Below the pieces are notes generated by a model that was given only the letters and a program-made list of their open reading frames with translations, had not been told where the DNA came from and did no database searches. 64,000 nucleotides of DNA from Nageia nagi (lineage: Eukaryota > Plantae > Pinophyta): the NCBI GenBank assembly GCA_050084985.1, contig JBITNC010000001.1, positions 198,462,001 to 198,526,000 on the forward strand, given 5' to 3'. The position numbers were made by a program, and so were the translations under genes. Positions 12,590 to 23,842 of this stretch are shown piece by piece (the first letter of the stretch is position 1; every line of letters begins with the position of its first letter).

Positions 12590-13830
12590 AGTTTATGCCT
12601 TTCGATTACATTTACTACACTCGTAGCAAAAAGAGGCAACAACAGCAAGAGGAAGAAATGGTAGATTAAACTATGCCTAAGAGGATGTGGGAAGAGGCTG
12701 AAAGAGAAAGAAAAATGAGGAGGGGAACACTATGGCCACTTTGATGAATTTGATGACCCAAATGGTGCGCAAGCAAGATGAGGCCTTGCAATTGGCAAGA
12801 TCTAAAGAGCCTAGGGCTGAAGCATCTAGGAGGACTCATTGGGGAGGAATCCTCAGCCAGCTCTCACACTCCCTTGCCCAAACCATCTAAACCCATGTTC
12901 ATCTGAAAATCTCTAATAGAGGTTAATGATATTCAAGGTGACTTGGATGAATTGTTTATGGAGTACTCTGAGAAACTAGAAAATTTTAGAGCTGTAGTAG
13001 GCTTTGATAGGTACTTGAAAATCATTGGAAAGAAGGTTGGAGAGGCCAAAAAGGAGAACAAGAAATTGCACAAAAATATGAGCATCCCTACATTCAATGG
13101 ACAAGATGGGTTGTCAGCTAGGGCATGGTTGCAAAAGCTTCAAACAAATTTTTCCTTGGACCCTATAGCTAAAGATGCTGTTCAAATTGCTACCCTTCAT
13201 CTTGAAGGTGGAGCATACTCATGGTGGCATCATGGTTTCGTAACCCAAGGGAATGGTGAGGTTTCTTCTTTTGAAGAATTTTGCCAAAGGTTACTAAATA
13301 GATTTGAAAGGAAAGATGTGGATGAGCTTTTCAAGGAACTTGTGACACTCGAACAAACTTCTTCTTTGAATGAGTATATTGAGAGTTTTGAGCAGATTGC
13401 TGTCCATGTACAAAACATTTCTCCAAAAAGGGTTATTTTCTTGTTTGTTGATGGGTGGTTGGAGCCATTGAAGGGTCTTGTGAAGGCCTTTGAACCAACC
13501 ACTCTTGAAAATGAAATCAAGAGAGCCATGAACCTTGAATCTATCATGCCACCAAGGCAGAAATATGTAGCATACAATACCCCTGTAAAACCACCATTTT
13601 CAGCCAAAAACATAGGCTTTGGATAGCCTAGAAGTGCAACATCCCACTTTGGGAGGGACAAGAATGCAATGGAGAAGCCAGAAATACCATATGGAGCTTC
13701 AAAAGCACCTTTCAAGCCCTCTAGAAATGCTATGTAGCAGCCAAAGATAGCATCCATGAGAGGGACGAACTTAGGAGGAAGCATCTTTGCTTCTCTTGCA
13801 AGACTCCTTGGACACCTGGCCATAAATGCC
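12590..13830 (+). pseudogene. gag: gag of F
   Basis: ORF 12943-13626 IPTFNGQDGLSARAWLQKLQT...HLEGGAYSWW. Decayed zinc knuckle (LCFSCK..W.PGHKC) at ~13785-13830. Confidence 0.9.
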
Positions 13831-16800
13831 AAGAAAAGGGCATGCATTGATTGAAGTGCATTCAGAAAGTTCAGAGAGTGAAGAGAAAGAGTACATGTCT
13901 TCTGAAGAGCTTGAAGAGTCTACACCACATGAAGAGCCCAAAGGAGGATCCCTTGCTACTCTTAGTGGGTTGAACCAATTTAGAACTATCAAGGTTCCAG
14001 GAAAGGCTTTGGGTGAAAAGGTAATGGTTCTAATTGATGGTGGTGCTACTTATAATTTTGTTGATGAAAAATTTATAGCATGTCAAAAATTGAAAATAGA
14101 AATCCTTCTTGGTTTTAATGTTGCAATTGGAAATGGTGATTTGATTCCTTGTAACAAGGTAGTTAGGCATTTAAAAATCAGTTTTGGGAGTTATGAGGTG
14201 GATGAACAATTTTTTGTCTTTTCCTTGGGTGGTATGCCTCACATGGTTCTAGGAGTACAATGGCTTTGGTCTCTTGGTGATTATGTTACTAATTATCAAA
14301 AATTAGAGCTGAAATTTGTGTTAGATGGGAAGAATATAGTGCTGCGTGGAGTTAAGGACAATTCCACCAAAGATGCATGCAATATTTTGGACGTGTCTTA
14401 TAAGCGCATGAACAAGTTAGTGCATCGTAAGGACAATATGTGAGCTGCTATAATATTTCAAGCTGAAGGTAAAAATACTTCCACTACACACCCTCATATT
14501 CATGCTATTTTGCACAAGCATAGAAAGATTTTTGAGGATTTACCTAAAGGTTTGCCACCTAGTAGAGAATTTCAGCATGTTATTGAGTTGGAACCCAATA
14601 GCAAACCTGTGATAATTAGGCCATATAGACATCCTAAGGTTTTCAAAGATGAGATTGAGAAAACCATTAATGAACTCTTGGAGTGTTGTTCTATTAGTGA
14701 AGAAGAAAGATGACACTATGAGAATGTGCATTGATTATAGGGCCTTGAATAAAAAGACAAGCAAAAACAGGTATCCCAGCCCTAGAGTTGATGAGCTTAT
14801 TGATGAATTGCATGGGGCTAAGTACTTTTCAAAAATTGATCTTAGATCAGGCTACCATCAGATTTGCATAAGGGAAGAAGACATCCCAAAGACTGCTTTC
14901 AGGTGTCATTTTAGGCTTTTTAAATTTATGGTTATGCCCTTTGGTTTGACTAATGCACTTGCCACGTTCCAATCAGCTATGAATCAAATTTTTAGTAAGC
15001 AGTTAAGGAAGTTTGTGTTGGTATTTTTTGATGATATTTTGATTTATAGTAAGTCTTGGAATGAGCACTTACAACATTTGGATACAGTTTTAGACGTTCT
15101 GGAACAACAGAAATTTTATGCTAAACAGTCCAAGTGTGATTTTGTTATGACTGAAATTTTATATTTAGGACGTGATCAGCCAAGAAGGTGTATAGGTTGA
15201 CAAAGAAAAAATTGCAGCAGTACAAAAATGGCCAACCCCTACGATCCTGACTAAATTGAGAGGTTTCATTGGTCTTCGCAATTACTATAGGAGGTTCATT
15301 AAGGGTTTTTCTTGCTTAGCTGCCCCACTTACAAAATTGACTAAGAAAGGAGCTTTCTCATGATCTAATGATGCTTTGGTAGCATTCTTGAAGCTGAAGG
15401 AAATCATTACTACTCCTTTACTTGCTATTCCTGATTTTTCTATTCCTTTCACTATTGCTTGTGATGCTTCAGGTTTAGAAGTTGGAGCCATACTTATGCA
15501 AAAAGGGCATCCCGTTGCCTATGAGAGTAGGAAGTTCACCAAGGAGGAGTGCACCTTTAGCATCTATGACAAAGAGATACTAGCCATTATGCATGCCTTG
15601 ACCAAGTTCAAGCAATACTTGGTATGTGGTAAGTTTGTGGTCAAGAGTGATCATAACAGTTTGAAATATTTCCTTGGGCAATCTGAACTAAATGAAAGAC
15701 AACAAAATGGGTTACTAAGTTGTAGTCCTATGATTTCGAAATTGAATTTGTGAAAGGGAAGAAGAATTCTCCAGCTGATGCATTGTCTAGATCCCCCCAT
15801 TTTAATTCTATTTCAGTTATTTCAGCAAATTGGAAGGTTAAAATTATGGCTGAATATGTTAAGAATGCATGGACTTCTAAACTTGTTGATGGCAGCCTTT
15901 TAGATGATAGGTACAACCTTAGAGAAGGGCTAATTTTTTATAAAAACAGAATTTTTATTGTACCTGAATCCAAGCTAAAAGAGGGACTTATACATTCCTT
16001 GCATGATGCACCACTTATTGGGCATCTTGGTTTCTTCAAAACTTACAAATTGGTGTGTGACAAGTTCACTTGGAAGGGGCTGAAAAATGACATTCTCAAG
16101 CATGTGCGTGAATACCAAGTTTGCCAAACAAACAAGATGGAAAACACACTTCCTGCAAGGTTACTACAACCATTGCCAATGCCAAATCAGAAATGGGAGT
16201 GTGTCCATGGACTTCATCATAGGACTTCCCAAGGTATACACGAGATTGCATATTCGTAGTGGTTGATGGGCTTCCTAAATTTGCTCATTTCTTTGCAATT
16301 TCAGCCACTTACACAGCCATGCAAGTTGCTGATTTGTTTTTCAGAGAAGTTTTCAGATTGCATGGGTTACCAAATATTATAGTTAGTGATAGGGAAAGCA
16401 AGTTTCTAAGCTTGTTTTGGCAAAAACTGTTCAAACTACGTGGTACTAAACTCACTTCTAGCACTAGCTATCACCCTCAAGTTGATGGATAAACTGAAAA
16501 TGTGAATAAATGGGTTGAAGGTTACTTGAGGAATTATGTTTCCAGCCATCAAAATGCATGGGTTAAGTGGCTGCACATGGGTGAATTCTGTTATAATTCC
16601 TCTTATCATATGTCCATTAAGATGTCTCCTTAAAAAGCTCTTTATAGTTATGATGCTCCAAATTTTACTGATTTGTTGTTGAGTGATAGTAGGGTGCCTA
16701 GAGCCCAAGATTTCATTGCAGAATACCAATACATGATGAGAACATTGAAGAACAACATTCAAATTGCACAGAATCAGCAGAAGAAATATGCAGACCAGAG

Positions 16801-17260
16801 AAGGGTGGAGCGCTCGTTTCAGGAAGGAGACATGGTTTATGTGAGGCTTTAGCCTTACAAGTAGTCCTCTTTGAAGAAAAGTGGTTCAAAGAAGCTTAAA
16901 CCATGTTTTTATGGTCCTTTTAAGGTGTTGTGTAAGATTGGTGAAGTGGCCTATGCGTTGGAGTTGCCAAAGGAAAGCAGTATTCACAATGTTTTCCATA
17001 TTTCACGTTTGAAAAAGGCATTGCGACAGTAGTTACAGCCACTTTCAAAGTTGCCTCCTTTGGATGATCAGGGCAAATTAATGCTTGAACTTGAATTGAT
17101 CCTAGAGACAAGGGAGAAGAAGTTGAAAAAAGAATTCTCAAAGAATATCTTGTGAAGTGGTATGATTTACCACTTGATGATGCTACATGGGAGGGTGGTG
17201 AAATTTTGAACTATCCAACCTTGCAGTTGCTTAAGGACAAGCAATTTGAGGAGGGTGGAC
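13826..17260 (+). pseudogene. pol: pol of F (protease, RT, RNase H, integrase, chromodomain); frameshifts and stops
   Basis: VLIDGGATYNF (PR). RMCIDYRALN, KIDLRSGYHQ, VFFDDILIYS (RT). CDASG...VAYESRK (RH). HGLPNIIVSDR...YHPQVDG (INT). EYLVKWYDLPLDDATWE (chromodomain). Confidence 0.95.
17248..17260 (+). promoter_or_regulatory. Polypurine tract of F
   Basis: GAGGAGGGTGGAC just before the 3' LTR. Confidence 0.8.
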
Positions 17261-17261
17261 T

Positions 17262-18015
17262 TGTAATGTCCCAAAAATAAATATTTTTGTAAATGTCTCC
17301 AACACTTAATTATGAAAGTGAAAAAGGGCTCATATGACTAGGAGACATAACATTAAGTTATTTTCATTTATGTTTTATTTATTTATGTTGTAATAAGGCA
17401 CTTTAAGTCAAATTAAGGTTTGGGGATGTCAACTTGAAATTAGATCCTCAAGCTATATAAGAGGATGGACCGTCCCATTTTGAGTATCTATTTGCTATTA
17501 TATGACTTTGTATCTGAAACCCTAGGTTTCTTGAGGAAGGTTGCACGCTACTCAAACTCCACCATTGTTTAGGAGATGTGCCCTAGCTCTGTTGGAGGCA
17601 TTTGCAGTTGACAAGAGATGAGCCTTGCTGTTGCATTTGCAAACTAAAGAAATGTACCCTTAGTCACTTGAAATTGCTGTGGAAGAAATCCAGCCAGTTC
17701 ATGGTGATTTTTGCTAGTGTTTTGTGCCCTTGCTGCCCTAGAAGAGGTTTTCAGCTTTGTGAGCAATATTCAACTAGATTTCTGTGTTTTTTGAGTTAAT
17801 AGAAACCCTAAGGGGGGTTTATCCCACTCTGGGGAGTTTTTCGATTCATTTTATGTTCATATTTGAGTACCCTTTTGGATGTTCTTTCATTGTATCCATT
17901 CAGAAATTAATACAATTCTATCCTAACTGATTTTTCTAATTGCGGCACAACATTTGTGCTAATTTCTATGTTTGAATATCTAGTTTTGTGTAAAAATAAA
18001 AAATGATTCATTTCA
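17262..18015 (+). repeat. 3' LTR of F
   Basis: TGTAATGTCCC...CATTTCA. Confidence 0.95.
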
Positions 18016-18542
18016 TTTCCATAAGACAAAGCATATTCTTCTCCATTACAAGAAATCTCCTCTGAAAAGCTCTCTCAAACATTGTAGTTTCAAGTTGATC
18101 TTCCTCTATTCTATCCATAGAATTTGCCCTTCTATTTCTTCTACTAATATTTGGATCAATAGGAACCAATTCAAGTTTTTGAGATCTTCTACCTTGCATC
18201 CACAAGCCTCAAAACAACAAACTTAAGATTTGATACCACATGATTTGTAAGCTGTGTTATTCTAAAGATCATCAAATGTAGATTCTTAATTTATCCTTTT
18301 AAGTCTAATGGACTTTAGTGATCACCCATTAACATTGTAACAACAATAACAGTAAATAAAATGCAATCACATCCAAAAAATGAAGACACGGTTTTACCTT
18401 GGTTCACCCAATGTGAGCTTAGTCTAGCATGTTTGATTTTGATTAACGTCTTGGGTCAATAGAGCATTATACTAACAAGAGAATATCGAGATTCAATTAC
18501 CTCCAACAATCATTCATCCCCTTCTATTATCAACAAAACTCC

Positions 18543-20340
18543 TTAACCTTGTAATAGTCTCCCATATCTTCCTCTATCAAAATGACTTGAATAAAATTCC
18601 ATAGAACAATCATACTCAAACAACCATGCTAAGGCATCTTTCCCCTCAACATCCTCAATTCCATACTGTTGTTCAAACTTTTCTTTGATTGCTACTTTGG
18701 ATACTTGCAAAATCTCTTTATTCCCATTAGCCTTAGTGCTATCGAAAAACTCAGTTTCTCCTAACTGATCCAAAATATTTAGGCTCAAACAATTAAATAT
18801 GAGATGACTACCTTCGTTATTCAAGTGGCTTCTATGATGACACCATATTGTTGTCCATTATTCAGTCTTGTGATTGCTCCAAGAATTGAGTTTCCCTTTT
18901 CTAGAGTAAATGCGCTTCCTGGTGCCCTTTTTTAGTACATTTTGGTAGATGTTCCTTCAAAGAGGCTAACTACTGCTCTTGCGAAATCAATCCCAAAACA
19001 ATCCCATTTCAATCTTTTTCTCAAGGCTATTGTCGACGCTTCTATTTGACTCTGTATAAAACCTTTGTTTACAACAACTTCAAAATGTATTCATTAATAT
19101 CCAAGCGTTGAAATAGATAGTTGCCTTCATCATTCAGCCTTCTTTGCTTTTCAACTTCAAAAAATCTCATAACATTTCCTAGATTAGTGTGTTTGGCCCA
19201 TACAGTCTTAGTAATACAGATTTGCTCTTCTTTTTGTATTAGATCGATATTTTTATAAGTTTGAACAGTCATTGTCCCATGCATGAAAACAATGTCATGT
19301 GTGCCCAAGTTTGAGTATGTACCTCTTAAGATGGCTTCGTATGATTTCCCTTTCTCAAACTCTTCGTGTAATGGATTGTTGAGCTTGCCTTCCAACTGTC
19401 ATACCTGTTGCAATTTCTCTTTATCCTTAGCCTTTGCTAAGTTTGATTTTCCTCTCATACTATCTAACCTATCAATGATTTCTATAAGTTCTTCAAACTG
19501 ATGGGCTCAAAGAAGACTGATTTCCCAAAGTTTCTTTTGTAATTTTGAGCTCATGAGTGAGCTCATCAACTCTTGCATTCATTTGCTTCAAAACTTCCTC
19601 CATGAATAGCCTATCACTAGTCATGTGCAAGAAGACAATATTCAAATCCTTCATTATACCCATGATATTTTGCAAATCAGAAATGGAAACTATTCTCTTG
19701 TTATGGATCAGATTTTTAACAAGCCTCATGGTATCGCCCAATCTAGACAAAACTTGCCCTTCTTGTTCAGTAGTTACTAGCAATTGTTCTTTCCATCCTC
19801 CATTGTAAATGTCTAGACCATCCCAAGAATATGAACTATTGCAAAAAACAGAATTAATTTCATACCTTCCATCAATGATATCCTCCAAACTTGGCATGTC
19901 ATCTTCTATATTCGTCCCATCCTCATTGCCAAAGTCAAAGATGAAATTAGTCCCATATGGTAATGGAACCTCAAGATGGGCCATGAATGACTTTGGGAAG
20001 CTTCTTCATTATTCCTAAATGCAGTAGTAATGTTCTCTCCCTCGGTGATCTCTTCAACCTCAATGTGTTTCTCCCTAGCAACGTCCTCCTAGGGTGGGGC
20101 AGTGTCTTCATTCTCTTCCTCAAGGGTGCCAAGTCCCCAAGCTTGTAAGAACCACATATAAAGACTTCTTTTTTCTTGTTATTGTAAAATGGGTTTTTGC
20201 AGATTCTTCTTAACATTTCCATGAATTCATGCCTTTTTTCCAATATTTCTGCACAGTCTTTAAAGGATGTCGCAAGTTTCAAGGTTTCAAGTCTCTCCTT
20301 GTATTCCAAAAATAGGGCGTCAATTTCCCAACTCTACATG
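18543..20340 (-). pseudogene. Disrupted ~600-codon ORF of element H: gag-like N-terminus fused to unknown cargo
   Basis: IDALFLEYKERLETLKLATSF resembles F gag DELFMEYSEKLENFRAVVGF. Successive same-strand ORFs 19971-20309, 19493-19984, 19069-19395 and 18543-18824 carry no gag core or pol motif. Confidence 0.55.
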
Positions 20341-20697
20341 GCTGCCAATGATGCGAAGTAGACTATCCAGAGTATAGTGGTGAACTCCTAGGGCACCCAA
20401 AATGCCCAATGTCCCTCTCACATATGCTCAATTATTCTACAAAGCTAGACATCCTCTTCCAACACCCTCCAAATCTAAATTATGTCCCTAAAATTTGAAA
20501 ATAGTGCAAAGATATCTTCCAAACATTGGACGACCTCTTCCTGAGCCAAACGAACTTGAAAATGATGCCAAAAATGAGCCTAAAAATAGGACAATCTCTC
20601 CACCAAGTCCACCAAACCTGCAATTAGGGTTTTTGAACCCTAGATCTAGAAACTAAACTCCAAATAAAACTTCCCAACAAGGTTGTCAAGATCATTG

Positions 20698-20709
20698 GCT
20701 TTGATACCA
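20698..20709 (-). promoter_or_regulatory. PBS of element H
   Basis: Minus strand TGGTATCAAAGC next to the LTR end. Confidence 0.8.
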
Positions 20710-20710
20710 T

Positions 20711-21812
20711 TGTAATGAGTTGAGCTAGGGTTCTAATGATTTTAGCTAAATTTACCAAATCCAAACATGCTTATTACTCCAATTATCTTGACTAAAATCA
20801 AATCTAAATTATTGTTGAAAATGCATGTAAATGAACCCCAAAATTATAATTAAAGTACCAATCAACTCAACTCATCCATTCAAACATGCACAACCACCAC
20901 ATGAACTCAAATAATGCCCTATGAGTGGAACGACGTCTATAGGCTATAAAATACCAAGATCCAAGCATGCAAAAATTATAAGACAAGTATAAATAATTCT
21001 GAATAACCGAAATAAGTTAGAAATGTCACCAATTGAGCAAGAAAGATGCCCTAGCGGTGGGATGCCCCATTAGGGGTAATGTGTACAACCGAACCAAGTG
21101 CTCAAATAAATCTTTAATTGCTCTGAAAAAAAGGGATGAACTCCTAGAAGGCTGAGATGTGAAGCGATGCACCAAGATGACCTCCTAGGGTTGTACACTC
21201 CTCCCAATGGCTCCAAAGTTGGATGACCCTCCAAGACCTAGCTACTCTTAATGGATGTTGTGCCCTCCAAGAGGTTTGGGAAATGACTGATGCAGCCACA
21301 CACTCCAAGTAGAAGTGATGAGATATAATGATACATGCTCTAAGTGGTGCGCTCCTCCTTTTATAGGAGATTTTGAAATAATCATGAAATATTATTGATT
21401 GGCCGACCTACCTAACTTACACCTTGGAATCATAAAGTTACATTATGGGATCTCAAAATGGCCCCACAAATGGGACGTCCCACTTAGGGAGTATAAATGA
21501 GATCTACAGAAATACAAATAATATTCTAAGGGTGTCCCATTACCCAAGACAAATATTAAATCACACTTATGACTCAAAACACACCTAGAAGGCCCTAGAA
21601 GAGAGACGTCCCCTCTTGGAGTGCTCAGTTGTAGCATTTTTGCATCCAATCCGATTGGTTCATCATCATAGGGTCAAGATATTATTTTCTAATGACACCA
21701 AGACATAAAAATAACAATTAATCCTGCAAAAGGAGGGATGTCCCACTTCATGAGCTAAAATAGCAAGATGAATGGCACTCATGAATGGGACCCATAATTT
21801 TGGCTCATTACA
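20711..21812 (-). repeat. 5' LTR (~1.1 kb) of element H
   Basis: Termini TGTAATGAG...CTCATTACA with adjacent PBS. No partner LTR found in the window. Confidence 0.8.
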
Positions 21813-22544
21813 TAACAAGAATTGCAAATGAAAATAGCTTGTTGAATGGCCATTTGCAAACTTTTACAAATCATGTTTGCAAAAATAAATGGAGAATCCT
21901 GTGATCACTAATCAGTCAACTACTAAGATGTTAGACAAAATACTACTGATGTTTTTTGGAAAGCAAATTGAAAAACGAGAAACATAAACTATTCTATCGA
22001 GCTAGAGGGAAATCTACTTACCCTAGCAGCTAGCTAATCCGAGTGGACCCTTGTTTGTTTAACTAGGAATATATTCCCCCTAGTTTATTCTTTCTCCTAT
22101 TTTAATCTACTCAATGTTCATAGAAATCATAAAGCTTTTTTATTACAAGAAATTAGAAACTTACAAATAAAATGCTTATATAGTCATAGAAAGGAATCTT
22201 CCCTAAACAAATTCTTTAATTTTATTTGGAGCAATTAATCTAACTTTATTCCAAAGATTCTAACATAACATTCCCCAAAATCATGTGATTTTGGGGAACT
22301 TCAGCAACTCTTGTCCATGTAGTGTCATGTTTTTATCACATCCACTTGAGAGCTCCATGTTACTTGGTTACCATGCCTATCATCCCAAGCCTAAGTATTA
22401 TCATTCACCCAATCTTAGCCATGAAGCAAAGTCTAAAATTTCAAAAAATGACTAAGTCTGGAAAGCCAAAAGTCGAGCTTAGGCCAAATTAGGGAATCCA
22501 AGTCAAGTCCAAGTTAAGTTGATTGAAACTGGGCCACCCCAGGG

Positions 22545-23455
22545 TCCAATGCCTATCTCCAAAAGATAAAATTTTGTCTTTTTGAAGCATGTGCTTGGGT
22601 TCAGGAGTCGCTTAGGTTGAGACAAAGGATCAGAAGGACAACCTAGAAGCATTTCAAGCCAGACACATCTTTGCTTTTTCATATTCCAGTTCATCTCGGG
22701 CAGTCTCCTAGCTTGAGCACATGCCCCCAAAAGACAAAATCTTGTCTTTTGGGGGCATGTGCTCAAGCTAGGAGACTGCCCGAGATGAACTGGAATATGA
22801 AAAAGCAAAGATGAGGCACCTAGGGGTTGAGTGCATGCCTCAAAAAAGATAAAATCTTGTCTTTTGGGAGCATGCATTCAAGACAGGAGGACGTCCAGTT
22901 TGATCTCAACCGAAAATTTGGCTAAGGCATCAAGGTCCAGAGCTAGCATCTAGCTTAGTCATGACCAAGAGGGCAAGCGCATGGTTTGAAAAGACAAAAT
23001 CTTGACTTCCTGTGGCATGCGCCTGACCCAAGTAGACATTCAGTTGACAAAAATAATGAAATTTGGCTAAGTCTTGCTCATAGAAGGCCTGAAAACAAGC
23101 TAAACTAGACAAGAGCAACCCTATGCATGTTTCAAAAAGACAATCTTGACTTTTTGAAGCATGCGCTCAAACTAGCATGCTAAGAGGGTTGCGTGCACAC
23201 TTCAAAAAGACATTTTTTTTTCTTTTTGAAGCATGTGCATGGCCTAGGATGAGTCCTAAAGATGTACAGAGGTGAAATTTGACAAGTCTAGCCATTGGGA
23301 AAGACAAATTTGGGACAACTCGAGGTTAGAGCATGAGCATAAGGTCAAGATGGATGAGTGAGAGAGCTAGGATGTCAAACGTCCAAAGGCCATGCACTTC
23401 CAAGTTGAGCACATGATACAAAAAGACAAAATTGTCTTTTTTGGGCATGCACCCA
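22545..23455 (+). repeat. Array of ~7 palindromic repeats (GCACATGC..CAAAAAGACAA-AATC-TTGTCTTTTTG..GCATGTGC) with variable spacers
   Basis: Cores at ~22561, 22729, 22842, 22988, 23134, 23203 and 23419. Confidence 0.85.
22666..22813. repeat. Perfect inverted repeat: 72-bp arms, 4-nt loop
   Basis: 22666-22737 is the exact reverse complement of 22742-22813. Loop AATC. Confidence 0.97.
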
Positions 23456-23611
23456 CCTAGAAACTGCTTTCTCACCCCCACGTCCGGTCACAGGAGACAA
23501 CACCTCAATTCTAGAGCTGACACATATCCCTAGGTCAGCCATCTAGACGACTGGAAATGATTTTCTCATAAGGATGGTAGACTAGGGTTATGCAAAATGC
23601 TAATTTTGGGC

Positions 23612-23619
23612 TATAAATA
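23612..23619 (+). promoter_or_regulatory. Candidate TATA box for the D accessory ORF
   Basis: TATAAATA ~230 bp upstream of the ATG at 23843, followed by a pyrimidine-rich leader. The equivalent position in C2 also has a TATA-like motif. Confidence 0.5.
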
Positions 23620-23842
23620 TGAGGAAGTTGAGCTCATTTTTTCAAATTCAAATCACTCTACTCTTCATTTCTTGCCCCTAAATTGCAGAAGGAAGACATT
23701 TTCAGGATTTCGAGTTCATCCCATCACCTTTCTAGGCTTGCGCAAGAGGTTTGGAGGCAATACTTGGGCAACGTTGGAGAAGCCTCACCCCAGGAAGGCT
23801 CACACATCACATTTGGAGATACCCATCATCCACTCAACCAGA

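Larger units (their letters stand above)
11622..18015 (+). mobile_element. Near full-length Ty3/Gypsy chromovirus (element F; Reina/IFG7-like by inference), inactivated
   Basis: Paired LTRs, TSD TTTCC (11617-11621, 18016-18020), PBS, PPT, and domain order gag-PR-RT-RH-INT-chromodomain. Confidence 0.95.
11393..18238 (-). pseudogene. gag: PBS and gag N-terminus of an older Gypsy (G), interrupted by element F
   Basis: Removing 11622-18020 joins ...EKNMLCLME to IMHSQSKIDE...VPFKLEAKVEIPT. PBS TGGTATCAAATC at 18227-18238 (-). LTR-like sequence continues above 18240. Confidence 0.65.

Noticed and set aside
13230-13847. 205-aa minus-strand ORF (likewise 46395-46991 and 54681-55001)
   Set aside because: These are antisense shadows of gag. 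The hydrophobic V/A/I runs come from the reverse strand of the AAC repeat.
22545-23455. Repeat-spacer arrays (also 1-1790 and 61400-64000) as CRISPR arrays
   Set aside because: Repeats are degenerate, spacers are irregular and partly related to each other, there are no cas genes, and the context is eukaryotic retroelement DNA.
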